64,000 bases of DNA, from IMG/VR virus record IMGVR_UViG_3300028805_000080; one strand, given 5' to 3'. The stretch comes from a virus (Duplodnaviria > Heunggongvirae > Uroviricota > Caudoviricetes). The stretch's first letter is position 1, and every line of letters starts with the position of its first letter. The notes under the pieces are model-generated. The model was not told where the DNA came from. It ran no database searches and was given only the letters and a program-made list of their open reading frames with translations. Shown piece after piece: positions 20,014 to 29,067 of this stretch. The translations under genes and the position numbers were made by a program.

Positions 20014-20348
20014 TTATGAAGAAGAAAATTTATTTAAGTCTTCCAATGACAGTGATGCCAAATGATATAAAAGAGAGATATATAGAACTATCTAAATATG
20101 TAAGTAAGCTTCCAAAATATAAAGATTATATTCAAGTTGGTCCAATAAACATTTGGTCGTATTTGAATATTCCAGATTATAAAGAAGTAAGTTTAAGATA
20201 TTCAAATTGTATAGGGCAAGATATTGAGAATCTTATTGAATGTGATGCAATCATAATGGGTCGTCATTGGGAAAAAGGACCTGGATGTAGATTAGAGCAT
20301 GAAGCTGCAAAGATTTACAACAAAGAAATAATCTATCAATTATATTAA
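20010..20348 (+). CDS. DUF4406-like / nucleoside 2-deoxyribosyltransferase-like protein (paralog 2).
   Basis: 'KIYLSLP...CDAIIMGRHWEKGPGCRLE...NKEI'. Clearly homologous to the upstream gene. ATGA overlap. Confidence 0.5.
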   Translation: MIMKKKIYLSLPMTVMPNDIKERYIELSKYVSKLPKYKDYIQVGPINIWSYLNIPDYKEVSLRYSNCIGQDIENLIECDAIIMGRHWEKGPGCRLEHEAAKIYNKEIIYQLY

Positions 20349-20358
20349 TATTTATATT

Positions 20359-20709
20359 ATGATTATATATTCTATTTCTGATTTAGTATCTAAGCCTTTT
20401 GATGATGAAGAAATTGAAAAGGTCAATAAGTATTTGATTTATTCATTGGTAATAGGCATGTTCAAACATGTTAAAATAAATCTTGATGATAAAGAGATAA
20501 TCTCATTAATCAAGAAAGATAATTGGTTTGCCAAATATAATTGGACAAAGAAACAACGAGATAGCTATAAGAAAATCCTTGATAAGATATTCTATAATCT
20601 ATATCGATTTGGCCCAATAAAATGTTCAAACTCATCTGAGGAGTTTCTTATTAAATATGGGTTTGAAATAAAATTAATAAAGCCAATAAAGAAAAATGGT
20701 AAAAAATAA
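20359..20709 (+). CDS. Hypothetical protein.
   Basis: ORF only. Confidence 0.3.
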   Translation: MIIYSISDLVSKPFDDEEIEKVNKYLIYSLVIGMFKHVKINLDDKEIISLIKKDNWFAKYNWTKKQRDSYKKILDKIFYNLYRFGPIKCSNSSEEFLIKYGFEIKLIKPIKKNGKK

Positions 20710-21079
20710 AATAATATATGCTTTATTTTTTTTAATATTTACTATTTTTATATTTTCACTTATATTTAATAGTATAAGTATTAATTATCTTTCTTATAAA
20801 TATAATATTGTAAATATTCAAGAAAAAACAGTATATGATAATGGGACTTATCATTATTATTTTAATTTTATAAAAGATAATAAACTTATAGAAGGAAGAA
20901 CTACACAAATAGAGAATATTCCTTGGGATAGTATCAATGCTAAAAAATGCCAATTAGTAAAATATAGAAAAGAAAGAATATTATTGTTTTTTGATCCTAT
21001 AAGAATAAGACTTATAGAATTTAGAGATACAGTAAAAAGTAGTTCAGATGAAATAATATATAAGAATGGAAAAAATTAA
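20696..21079 (+). CDS. Hypothetical protein with an N-terminal TM anchor.
   Basis: 'IIYALFFLIFTIFIFSLIF'. Confidence 0.3.
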   Translation: MVKNKIIYALFFLIFTIFIFSLIFNSISINYLSYKYNIVNIQEKTVYDNGTYHYYFNFIKDNKLIEGRTTQIENIPWDSINAKKCQLVKYRKERILLFFDPIRIRLIEFRDTVKSSSDEIIYKNGKN

Positions 21080-21464
21080 ACATCACTTGATTATAATTGG
21101 ATTTATATTCATTACTTTTATATTTTATATGTTTTCATTTACCAATATTGACTATGCGTATGATGATTTTGATATAAAAGAAATGACTCATATATCTGAA
21201 TATGATTGGTATGCTAAAAGATATATGAATCATAAGAAAAACTATGGATATACATTAATATATTATGATAAAGACAATAAAGAACAAAAAGTTTCGTTTG
21301 AACAAGATGATTGGTGGGCAAGCTATGATGTAAAGAACTTAAAACTTAGATTCAAATATAAATATAGAATCCATTTATCATTATTTGAATTTCCATTTGA
21401 AAAAGAAATAAAACTTGTAAATACCGAAAAATATATATATCGACCACAAAAATCTAACAATTAA
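21066..21464 (+). CDS. Hypothetical protein with an N-terminal TM anchor.
   Basis: 'LIIIGFIFITFIFYMF'. Confidence 0.3.
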   Translation: MEKIKHHLIIIGFIFITFIFYMFSFTNIDYAYDDFDIKEMTHISEYDWYAKRYMNHKKNYGYTLIYYDKDNKEQKVSFEQDDWWASYDVKNLKLRFKYKYRIHLSLFEFPFEKEIKLVNTEKYIYRPQKSNN

Positions 21465-21529
21465 TTAAATAGTTGTTAGATTTTTTTCTATTTTATATAT
21501 ATTCCATAAATATATTTTATATATTGTAA

Positions 21530-22159
21530 ATGGAAGTTTTTGTGGGTATTGACCAATCAATTAATAGTACTGGTATAACAATACAATGTTTTGAAAGAGA
21601 AAAGAAATTAAAAGAGAATTTCTATATTATCAAACCAAACAAATTAAAGAAAACAGAAATTGCTGCTTCTGAGAAAATATCTAATTTTGAATACCTTTGT
21701 TATAATAAACAAGAAAAATCAGAAGCAAAAGACAATAATGAGTTTGAGTTGAATAAATTACAAAATAATATAGAAATTACAGATTTCATTATTGAATTAA
21801 TAAAAAAGAATGTAAGTAATCTTGATAGACTATATGTTGCAATGGAAGGAATATCTTATCAATCTCATAAGACTCAATCTATTGTGGATTTGTCAGGGCT
21901 TTCTTATTTGATTAGATATAGAATATATAAATATTTCTTATCTCATCAAGATCAAATGGGTTGCATTAAGATATTCTCTCCTAATGAAATCAAGAAATTT
22001 GCAACTGGCAATGGATTAGCTCAAAAAGAAATAATGGTTAACTTATTCAAGACAATGAATAAAGAGTTTTCTATTATTCCAAAAATAGATGATTTAGCTG
22101 ACTCATTTTGGATATGTTCTTATATGAGAAAAATATTCTTAGATGAATATAAATATTAA
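21530..22159 (+). CDS. RuvC-like Holliday junction resolvase.
   Basis: N-terminal 'VGIDQSINSTGI' (RuvC 'GIDPG..TG'-like). C-terminal 'DDLADSFWI' acidic catalytic motif. Confidence 0.5.
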   Translation: MEVFVGIDQSINSTGITIQCFEREKKLKENFYIIKPNKLKKTEIAASEKISNFEYLCYNKQEKSEAKDNNEFELNKLQNNIEITDFIIELIKKNVSNLDRLYVAMEGISYQSHKTQSIVDLSGLSYLIRYRIYKYFLSHQDQMGCIKIFSPNEIKKFATGNGLAQKEIMVNLFKTMNKEFSIIPKIDDLADSFWICSYMRKIFLDEYKY

Positions 22160-22225
22160 ACTATCCAGGAGGCCCAGGTTTGCACACTGTTAATTTAAAT
22201 TCAAAAAGATATAAAACTATACAAC

Positions 22226-23218
22226 ATGGCAAAAATTTTAATTCTGATAATGTCCTGTGAAGATGATTTTTTCAAAAAACAAGAAAATCTTATAAGAGAG
22301 ACTTGGCTCAAGCCAGTAATTGATGGAAATTTTGAGAATATTGATTATTGTTTCTATTCCGGACAAGTAATTGAAAAACATAAATATAATAAAGATATTC
22401 ATTATCTAACATTAAGGTGTGAAGATAATATAAAGAACACATTTAAGAAGACTTATTATGCATTCAATGCTTGTAATAAAATCTTCAAAGATTATGATTA
22501 TATATTTAGGACAAACACATCAACTTATGTAAATATAGAGTTATTAGAAGGATTTGTCAATCATATTGCAAGTCAAAACAAGAATATATTATGGACTAGT
22601 GAATTATATTCATTAAGTAATTCATTTTGTCCTTATCCATTATATTTATATGGACGTGGTAATGGAATATTATTATCAAAAGAACTTATTGATATTATAT
22701 TAAAAAATGGATTAGGATATCTTTATCTTGAAAAATGCGATGATTGGATAATTGGAAATATATTAAATACTTATTGGATTAATCAAGGAAAGAATTATTT
22801 GGATTATATAAAAGGATATAAACATGGATGGTTTAAGTGTGTACCTGAGGAACAACCAAACAATCATAAACTTTGTGTATATGGAAACAAGAATAAAGAT
22901 TGGGAATTCTTAAGACAATTTATTACAATTCAAGTCAAGAGATATAGAGAAAGACATTTGGAAGAAGAACATTACAAAGAACTAGACCAAGCATTCAAAG
23001 AAAACAAATATGATTCAAAAGAGCAAATACTTATGTTTGCTAATGATAATTATGCTTATAGTAAAAATCCATCAGTTTTTATAGGATCTATATTAGGTTA
23101 TGCAAATTATGATGATTGGGTCAAATGTAATAAGATGCAATTATATAATTATCAAGTAAACAATAAAGCTAGTGATGATGAAGAAAGATATAATGAAGAA
23201 AACAAGATTTGGATGTAA
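22226..23218 (+). CDS. GT31-family (Fringe/beta-1,3-galactosyltransferase-like, GT-A fold) glycosyltransferase.
   Basis: 'KILILIMSCEDDFFKKQENLIRETW' (Galactosyl_T signature '...R..IReTW'). 'IFRTNTSTYVN' and 'YLYGRGNGILLS' follow. Confidence 0.5.
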   Translation: MAKILILIMSCEDDFFKKQENLIRETWLKPVIDGNFENIDYCFYSGQVIEKHKYNKDIHYLTLRCEDNIKNTFKKTYYAFNACNKIFKDYDYIFRTNTSTYVNIELLEGFVNHIASQNKNILWTSELYSLSNSFCPYPLYLYGRGNGILLSKELIDIILKNGLGYLYLEKCDDWIIGNILNTYWINQGKNYLDYIKGYKHGWFKCVPEEQPNNHKLCVYGNKNKDWEFLRQFITIQVKRYRERHLEEEHYKELDQAFKENKYDSKEQILMFANDNYAYSKNPSVFIGSILGYANYDDWVKCNKMQLYNYQVNNKASDDEERYNEENKIWM

Positions 23219-23223
23219 AAATA

Positions 23224-23251
23224 AAAGAGGTAAACTTATGTTTACCTCTTT
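23224..23251. terminator. Bidirectional rho-independent terminator between convergent genes.
   Basis: Perfect 12-bp stem aaagaggtaaac/gtttacctcttt with loop ttat. Flanked by A-run and T-run. Confidence 0.6.
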
Positions 23252-23256
23252 GTATA

Positions 23257-23532
23257 TTATTTGAAATCTTCTTCGAAATTTTCTATCCATTTGTCAAAGC
23301 TTTCTGAATTTTCATTAGCTGGATGTGTTAATTCAGATAATTCATCATCTGATAAATCATATTCATCCGCAAAATCTGCAACATTATCATAGATGTATTC
23401 TTTGAACTCTTCAAACTTATTCAAATTATTTTCATCTTTTAATGAATTAGCCCATTCAATAAAATTATCTTGAATTTCATATAGTCTATCTTTCTTTATA
23501 GATTCCGTAATAAATTCATTAATATGTTTCAT
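23257..23532 (-). CDS. CTS-tagged small acidic protein (putative capsid-internal/injected protein).
   Basis: N-terminus 'MKHINEFITE' matches the T4 internal-protein capsid targeting sequence (MKTYQEFIAE; I-x-E cleavage site). The body is highly acidic. Confidence 0.5.
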   Translation of the reverse strand: MKHINEFITESIKKDRLYEIQDNFIEWANSLKDENNLNKFEEFKEYIYDNVADFADEYDLSDDELSELTHPANENSESFDKWIENFEEDFK

Positions 23533-23543
23533 AATTACTAATT

Positions 23544-25040
23544 TTATTTTTTACCAGCAGCAGCTAATTTCTTTGCTTCTTCTTCAGCTTTCTTTTGTTC
23601 TTCTTCTTGTTTTTTCTTTTCTTCTTCTGCTTTCTTAGCTTCTTCCTCTTCTAACTTTTTCTTTTCATCTTCAATTTTCTTTTGTTCTTCTTCGGCTTTC
23701 TTAGCAGCTTCTTCTTGAGCTTTCTTCATTGCATCTTGATGAGTCTTATCACCATTATTCTCCAAAAGAGCTAAGTCACGAGCAGCTTTGTTAAGAACAG
23801 CAATAATTGCAGGATCATTCTTATATTGTTCAGCTAACATAGCAATCTTCTTCTTACGAGCTTCCATTTGAGCTTCTTTTTGTGCAGCTAACTCTTCTTG
23901 AATTTGCTTATATTCATCTGGACTTTGTTTCTTTACATCTTCATTAATTCTATCTTCAAAAAGATGTCTTAAATCAATACCTGAAACAGCTGTAACTTCT
24001 TTAAGAGCTTCTGTCATATAATCGAAGTCTTTTGTATAAGTACCATTATGAATAGAACTATTAACTGACATTGTTACATTTTCTTTAGCTTCAATGATAG
24101 TGCAAATAGTACCTGTTGAAGTACGAAGAACTTTAGCACAATCCATTACAAATACTTGACCAAATGATTCAAATACTTGACCAATTGCAGAAGTCTTGCT
24201 CATGAAATCAAATCTTTCATTCATTGTAAGTGCCTTAGAAAGAGTATCACAATATTCCATCCATTTTCCAGCATCTTCAAATGTTTCATTAATACGTTGT
24301 CCTTTGGTAAATTCAAGAGTTGTCTTTTCTTCGGCTTCTTTAATGACTACTTTACAGGTATCAAAACCAGATTTCCAAGAATAAGATAAAACACCTTCAT
24401 CATTTGCAAATGACTCAAGAAGAGCATTGATATTTCTGAATTTTACATCATCACAAACAGCTTCACAAACTTTTGTTTGATCTTTGTTAATCTTATATGT
24501 CTTATTCAACACATTGAAGTATTTATCACCTTCTTCATTCTCATATACATAAGAAATTGGATTTACAACTGAATATTGAGGAGTTGCAGCTTCTGTAATA
24601 GTTGACTTGAATACTTGCTTGCATACATTTCTAAATTCAGGAATATATTGTACTCCTTTAAGAGCTCCTGACTTAATATAAGAAACAACTTGTGATTCAT
24701 CCATTTCAAGAAGTTTTCCAACTTGCTCAACACCAGTCTTTGCAATATAGTTGTAAGTAGATCTATTATTCTCAATAGATTCACATGCACTAGCTAATTG
24801 CCAAGAAATCTTATTTTCATTAATAAAACCTAATACAGACTCTAAAATACCAGCTAGACCTGTATCGAAGCTATATTTTTGTGCTTCATGTAAGAAGCCA
24901 TTAACAATACCACAAGATGCAGGATTTGTAAACAAATAAGCCTTGTAGTTCTTAACCATCTCTTTACCTGCTTCAGTCACAGCATTGCAATTATTCAATT
25001 TGCTTGCGAAATCGAGGTCTTTAAGTAATTTTATGTTCAT
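23544..25040 (-). CDS. Virion/scaffold-like protein with a long C-terminal E/K-rich coiled coil.
   Basis: C-terminal '(EEAKK/AEEEKKK)n' coiled coil. GC-richer codon usage suggests high expression. Confidence 0.45.
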   Translation of the reverse strand: MNIKLLKDLDFASKLNNCNAVTEAGKEMVKNYKAYLFTNPASCGIVNGFLHEAQKYSFDTGLAGILESVLGFINENKISWQLASACESIENNRSTYNYIAKTGVEQVGKLLEMDESQVVSYIKSGALKGVQYIPEFRNVCKQVFKSTITEAATPQYSVVNPISYVYENEEGDKYFNVLNKTYKINKDQTKVCEAVCDDVKFRNINALLESFANDEGVLSYSWKSGFDTCKVVIKEAEEKTTLEFTKGQRINETFEDAGKWMEYCDTLSKALTMNERFDFMSKTSAIGQVFESFGQVFVMDCAKVLRTSTGTICTIIEAKENVTMSVNSSIHNGTYTKDFDYMTEALKEVTAVSGIDLRHLFEDRINEDVKKQSPDEYKQIQEELAAQKEAQMEARKKKIAMLAEQYKNDPAIIAVLNKAARDLALLENNGDKTHQDAMKKAQEEAAKKAEEEQKKIEDEKKKLEEEEAKKAEEEKKKQEEEQKKAEEEAKKLAAAGKK

Positions 25041-25123
25041 ATGATTTTATTTGGTATATTTATGTTCTTTATTTAATAAAAATAAATTTTTCTATAAATA
25101 ATAATATAAAAAAATAATTATGA

Positions 25124-25408
25124 TTAAAGACGCCAACCCATGGTGCCACATACACTTGCTAACACAAGGCGACTTGTCATAAGTGATCCTAATGAGCCTT
25201 TTGGATCAATTCCTAAAGCTTTACAAATTGCTTGTCCAAGCTTAGGTCCTATAGAAGCTCCAAGAATAGCTCCTCCAATAGCTCCTAATATGCCTTCATC
25301 AATTGGTATGCCTGCTTCTTTAGCTTCTTGTAATTTTTGAATTATATCATCATAAGACAAGTCTTCTGTCAAAGGCTTCTCTGTTACAAATTCATCGATA
25401 TCTTTCAT
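25124..25408 (-). CDS. CTS-tagged glycine-zipper membrane-active small protein.
   Basis: 'MKDIDEFVTE' CTS. 'GILGAIGGAILGASIG' GxxxG zipper. Confidence 0.5.
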   Translation of the reverse strand: MKDIDEFVTEKPLTEDLSYDDIIQKLQEAKEAGIPIDEGILGAIGGAILGASIGPKLGQAICKALGIDPKGSLGSLMTSRLVLASVCGTMGWRL

Positions 25409-25413
25409 AATTA

Positions 25414-25770
25414 TTATAATTTATTTTGAATATTTCGTAATATATTAATCATTATATTATATAAATCTTTCCAAGTTCCTGATTCAGTCCATTCAGAGTC
25501 TACTTCTTTAGAAAATTTCATATATTTTCCTAAATCTTTTAATCTCATTGAAATATTACAAATATTATTATTAAATTTTGTAAATTCAATATAGCAAACT
25601 CCTAATTTTCCACAATCTACTGAAATATAAGTATCTTTTTTAGACTCTAATGATTTTTGAATTTTCTTAAATAAAAAAGAATCATTACGTTTACCACTTT
25701 CTATTTGTGATATATTACAAGAAAACTCCTGATTTAATGATTCTAAAATAAAAGTCTTAATATCTTTCAT
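25414..25770 (-). CDS. CTS-tagged hypothetical protein.
   Basis: 'MKDIKTFILE'. Confidence 0.45.
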   Translation of the reverse strand: MKDIKTFILESLNQEFSCNISQIESGKRNDSFLFKKIQKSLESKKDTYISVDCGKLGVCYIEFTKFNNNICNISMRLKDLGKYMKFSKEVDSEWTESGTWKDLYNIMINILRNIQNKL

Positions 25771-25787
25771 AATTATATAATATTATT

Positions 25788-26066
25788 TTAATCTAAGTGT
25801 CTAGGACTACCACTATGTGAAAGCTCATAGTCATACCATTTTTCTACAAAACGATCTTTGACTTCCTTTTCATCAAAAGATTTCTTAGCTCTTTCTAATA
25901 GATCATACCATAGTTTCTTATAGTCTTTATAGTTATAATTATTTACTTCATCTCCCCATCCAGCAGTAAATGCTAAAGAATAAAGTATCTTATCTAAATC
26001 ATCAATAGTTAATGAAAATGTTGCTGATGATTTTTCTTCATTTATAAAATCATTGATATTCTTCAT
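25788..26066 (-). CDS. CTS-tagged hypothetical protein.
   Basis: 'MKNINDFINE'. Confidence 0.45.
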   Translation of the reverse strand: MKNINDFINEEKSSATFSLTIDDLDKILYSLAFTAGWGDEVNNYNYKDYKKLWYDLLERAKKSFDEKEVKDRFVEKWYDYELSHSGSPRHLD

Positions 26067-26083
26067 ATTTATAATAAAAATAT

Positions 26084-26398
26084 TTATTCAGTTACAGGAT
26101 TTTGATAATAGAATCTTGCTAAGTCTACATCATCGCCAATTTTCATTGCATCATCTTCTTGTTCTGTACCGATATAGCAATCTTGAATTTCTTTAATCCA
26201 AATTTTTATTTCTTTATCAGAAAGATTAGCAAACATATCTCTATATTGATCTTCTTCTAAATTTACATTAGTGACAAGTCTATTAAACCATTGCCAGTCA
26301 CTTGCAAATTTTTCTTGATCACTTCTACTATCATCAATTATTTGAGAATTCTTATTGACTTTAAGTTTCTCATCAATAAAATTATTAATAGTCTTCAT
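26084..26398 (-). CDS. CTS-tagged hypothetical protein.
   Basis: 'MKTINNFIDE'. Confidence 0.45.
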   Translation of the reverse strand: MKTINNFIDEKLKVNKNSQIIDDSRSDQEKFASDWQWFNRLVTNVNLEEDQYRDMFANLSDKEIKIWIKEIQDCYIGTEQEDDAMKIGDDVDLARFYYQNPVTE

Positions 26399-26583
26399 TT
26401 ATAAATTATATGTATTTTATTTACATCTTTACAATCTCTAGTTTTTGATAAGATATCCATATATAATTGAGGTTCATTATTATTATAATACTTATCAAAA
26501 ATTAGATTATTTTCTTTATCATAAATCTCTAATTTTAATACGTCTCTATATATTATAACTGTATATAATATATTCTTTTCCAT
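26395..26583 (-). CDS. Hypothetical small protein (no CTS).
   Basis: ORF with ATGA-type overlap. Confidence 0.3.
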   Translation of the reverse strand: MEKNILYTVIIYRDVLKLEIYDKENNLIFDKYYNNNEPQLYMDILSKTRDCKDVNKIHIIYK

Positions 26584-26594
26584 TTTTTTGTTTT

Positions 26595-27011
26595 TTAAAT
26601 GGATAAATTCTCATATATTTTCTTGAAATTTACCCCATATTTTTTTATTTTCTTCTTTATATCTTCATCATATAAAGATTCATCAAAACAATATAATGGT
26701 AATTTATTTGCTAAATTCATTGACTTATTATATAATTTTGCGTCAACGTATATGTCATCAAAATTCTTGTTTTCAAATAGTTTCTTTAATTTATCAATAT
26801 TTTCATTATCTTCATATAAGAATAGAATATGATTATCATTTATATTGAATTCATATACTATTTGAGATTTATTTAATTTTCCAAAATCAATATCTTCTTT
26901 GAATTTTCCTTCATAAAGAATTTTTTGATTATAAGTTACTTTACATTCAAATTCAAAAAGTTTATCATATAATTCTTTATTATTTTCTTTTATATATGAT
27001 AGGTTTTCCAT
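26595..27011 (-). CDS. Hypothetical protein (no CTS).
   Basis: ORF only. Confidence 0.35.
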   Translation of the reverse strand: MENLSYIKENNKELYDKLFEFECKVTYNQKILYEGKFKEDIDFGKLNKSQIVYEFNINDNHILFLYEDNENIDKLKKLFENKNFDDIYVDAKLYNKSMNLANKLPLYCFDESLYDEDIKKKIKKYGVNFKKIYENLSI

Positions 27012-27015
27012 ATTA

Positions 27016-27333
27016 TTAATTATTTTGTTGTTTTTCTAACCATTCTAATGATTGATGATAACATTTATTAAAATCATTATATTCACTTTCCCAATCACCA
27101 TCAAATCCTATATCATATCTTGTAGATCCATTTTTGTATATAAATATTGTAAAATCTCCAGTATTTCCACCAGGATGATTTTTAAAAGTTATTTTACAAT
27201 TATATTTTTTAGCTTCTTCTTTTAAATCATTTATAGCTATTTTATAATTTGATTTATTATATTCAATAGTTTTTAGTTTTGTATCTTTATTGATTTTTAG
27301 CTTTTCTATTATATATTCAACTATTTTCTTCAT
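27016..27333 (-). CDS. CTS-tagged hypothetical protein.
   Basis: 'MKKIVEYIIE'. Confidence 0.45.
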   Translation of the reverse strand: MKKIVEYIIEKLKINKDTKLKTIEYNKSNYKIAINDLKEEAKKYNCKITFKNHPGGNTGDFTIFIYKNGSTRYDIGFDGDWESEYNDFNKCYHQSLEWLEKQQNN

Positions 27334-27724
27334 TTAATAAATCTATTATTTTTTTGAATGTATCTATAGAAGAAATTGGAAAAAATGATCTATCCATAAA
27401 TATTCCTAATACCGAACGATTCTTGTCTCCATCATCATTCAATAAATCATAATTATTAATAGTACCAGTTATTTGTGGATAATGCTTAGCTGTCTTTGCA
27501 CGAATCCATTCCATATTACGTACATGTTCTTTACTATTAATATTAATATCTTTATCTGCTATTAAGAACATTGGCTCTCTTGACCACTCAAACTTATTCT
27601 CATCCCAATTAGCCATACGTTTCATAATAGCATTGATAATATCTCCATCTAAAAGTTTTGATATTTTCTTTCCTATTGTAGATTGATCTTTAGATTCATT
27701 AATAAATTCATCAATATTCTTCAT
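27317..27724 (-). CDS. CTS-tagged hypothetical protein.
   Basis: 'MKNIDEFINE'. Confidence 0.45.
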   Translation of the reverse strand: MKNIDEFINESKDQSTIGKKISKLLDGDIINAIMKRMANWDENKFEWSREPMFLIADKDININSKEHVRNMEWIRAKTAKHYPQITGTINNYDLLNDDGDKNRSVLGIFMDRSFFPISSIDTFKKIIDLLNEENS

Positions 27725-27756
27725 AAAAACTATTCGTGATTTATTAAAAATAAAAT

Positions 27757-27787
27757 AAATAAAAAAAGAGAAGTATTAAACTTCTCT
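27757..27787 (-). terminator. Rho-independent terminator on the - strand, inside the CTS gene array.
   Basis: 9-bp stem aagagaagt/acttctctt with loop attaa. The A-run on + equals a U-run after the hairpin on the - strand. Confidence 0.5.
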
Positions 27788-27803
27788 TAATTTATATTAA
27801 TTA

Positions 27804-28811
27804 TTATATTTCTTTAATTAAACTTTCAAATATTGCTTTAAATTTCTTAAGAGGTAAAACAGTAGAATGTTCTAATGCATATCCATAAAGTCCTCCTCCT
27901 TCATTAGTTACAATATCAAATGTTATATCTTTTGACTTATCTCCTTTAGTAACTGTTACAATAAATCCTTCAGTCCATGCTCTACCATTTCTATTCATAA
28001 TAGCTTTACCTTCAGAAGTCTTAGCATTCTTAAATGCTTCTTTCCATTCAATTGTATAATCTTTTAATGACTCAAAATATTTATATACTGATTTTGTAAT
28101 CCAGCTTTCAGATATTTTCTTTGTTTCTTTATCAAGACGTTTCATATCTGAGTCATCAACTTTTTGATCTTTGTATTTTTCAGTATAAGCAACAATTTCT
28201 GCTTTATTCAAAAGTTTCCTATTTTCAATTTCATATCCAAATACTGAAACTGCTTCAGGCCAACTAATAAGCATTGCAGCTAGCCAACGAGCAACTAATT
28301 TCTTATCATCTTTAATAGATTTAACTAGTCTTTCTGGATCTGAATGCTTATTGAAATATCCTTTCATCTTGTCAATATGCTTTTGATCTGTAGAATATTT
28401 TGAAGTATCTGCGTTCTTTACTTCTTCTTCAAATTTTTCAGCTGCTTCTTTCTCTCTTGCAGCTTCTCCATCTACTGCCTCTTGATATGACTCATCTTTA
28501 GATCTATCATATTTAAAACAAAGTATTGCATAATATTTAGAATTAGCATTAACTTTTCTAAATCTACTTATACCTTTATTCTTACTAAGTCTTTCTTTCC
28601 ATTCATCAACTGAATCTCTAGAAATTCCATAAAGAGCATGTGTTTGAACTTTATCAAATAATGATTGAACATAAACTCCATATCTATCTCCACTACCATA
28701 TTGATAATTAAGCCATTCAGTATCACTCATATTCTTGATTCTTCCTTCTAAAACCAAGTCACTAATATTAAGAGTTCTTTGCTCTCTTATAAATCTATTA
28801 AAAGATTTCAT
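27804..28811 (-). CDS. CTS-tagged 335-aa protein.
   Basis: 'MKSFNRFIRE'. Confidence 0.45.
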   Translation of the reverse strand: MKSFNRFIREQRTLNISDLVLEGRIKNMSDTEWLNYQYGSGDRYGVYVQSLFDKVQTHALYGISRDSVDEWKERLSKNKGISRFRKVNANSKYYAILCFKYDRSKDESYQEAVDGEAAREKEAAEKFEEEVKNADTSKYSTDQKHIDKMKGYFNKHSDPERLVKSIKDDKKLVARWLAAMLISWPEAVSVFGYEIENRKLLNKAEIVAYTEKYKDQKVDDSDMKRLDKETKKISESWITKSVYKYFESLKDYTIEWKEAFKNAKTSEGKAIMNRNGRAWTEGFIVTVTKGDKSKDITFDIVTNEGGGLYGYALEHSTVLPLKKFKAIFESLIKEI

Positions 28812-28836
28812 AATTATACTAATTTTATTATTTTAT

Positions 28837-29043
28837 TTAATATTGTATATTTTCATCATCATCAAAATGAGCAAAAATATTTCCTTCTTCTTTTTTGCCA
28901 AATTCAGATAATTGCTTAGAATATTTAGAATCTATAGAAATCTCACATGATATTGGTAATCCTTCTTCATCTACTAAATCATTAAAAGCAACATGTATTG
29001 TTTTCGTTTTATTTTCATTAATAAAATTATCTAAATGCTTCAT
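28837..29043 (-). CDS. CTS-tagged small protein.
   Basis: 'MKHLDNFINE'. Confidence 0.4.
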   Translation of the reverse strand: MKHLDNFINENKTKTIHVAFNDLVDEEGLPISCEISIDSKYSKQLSEFGKKEEGNIFAHFDDDENIQY

Positions 29044-29067
29044 ATCTTATTAATATATTTTTAAATA

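Noticed and set aside
22160-22225. Locally GC-rich 'ccaggaggcccaggtttgcacactg' segment after the RuvC-like gene as a possible terminator or SD sequence.
   Set aside because: No convincing inverted repeat and no T-run. 'ccagg..cccagg' is a direct repeat, not a palindrome.
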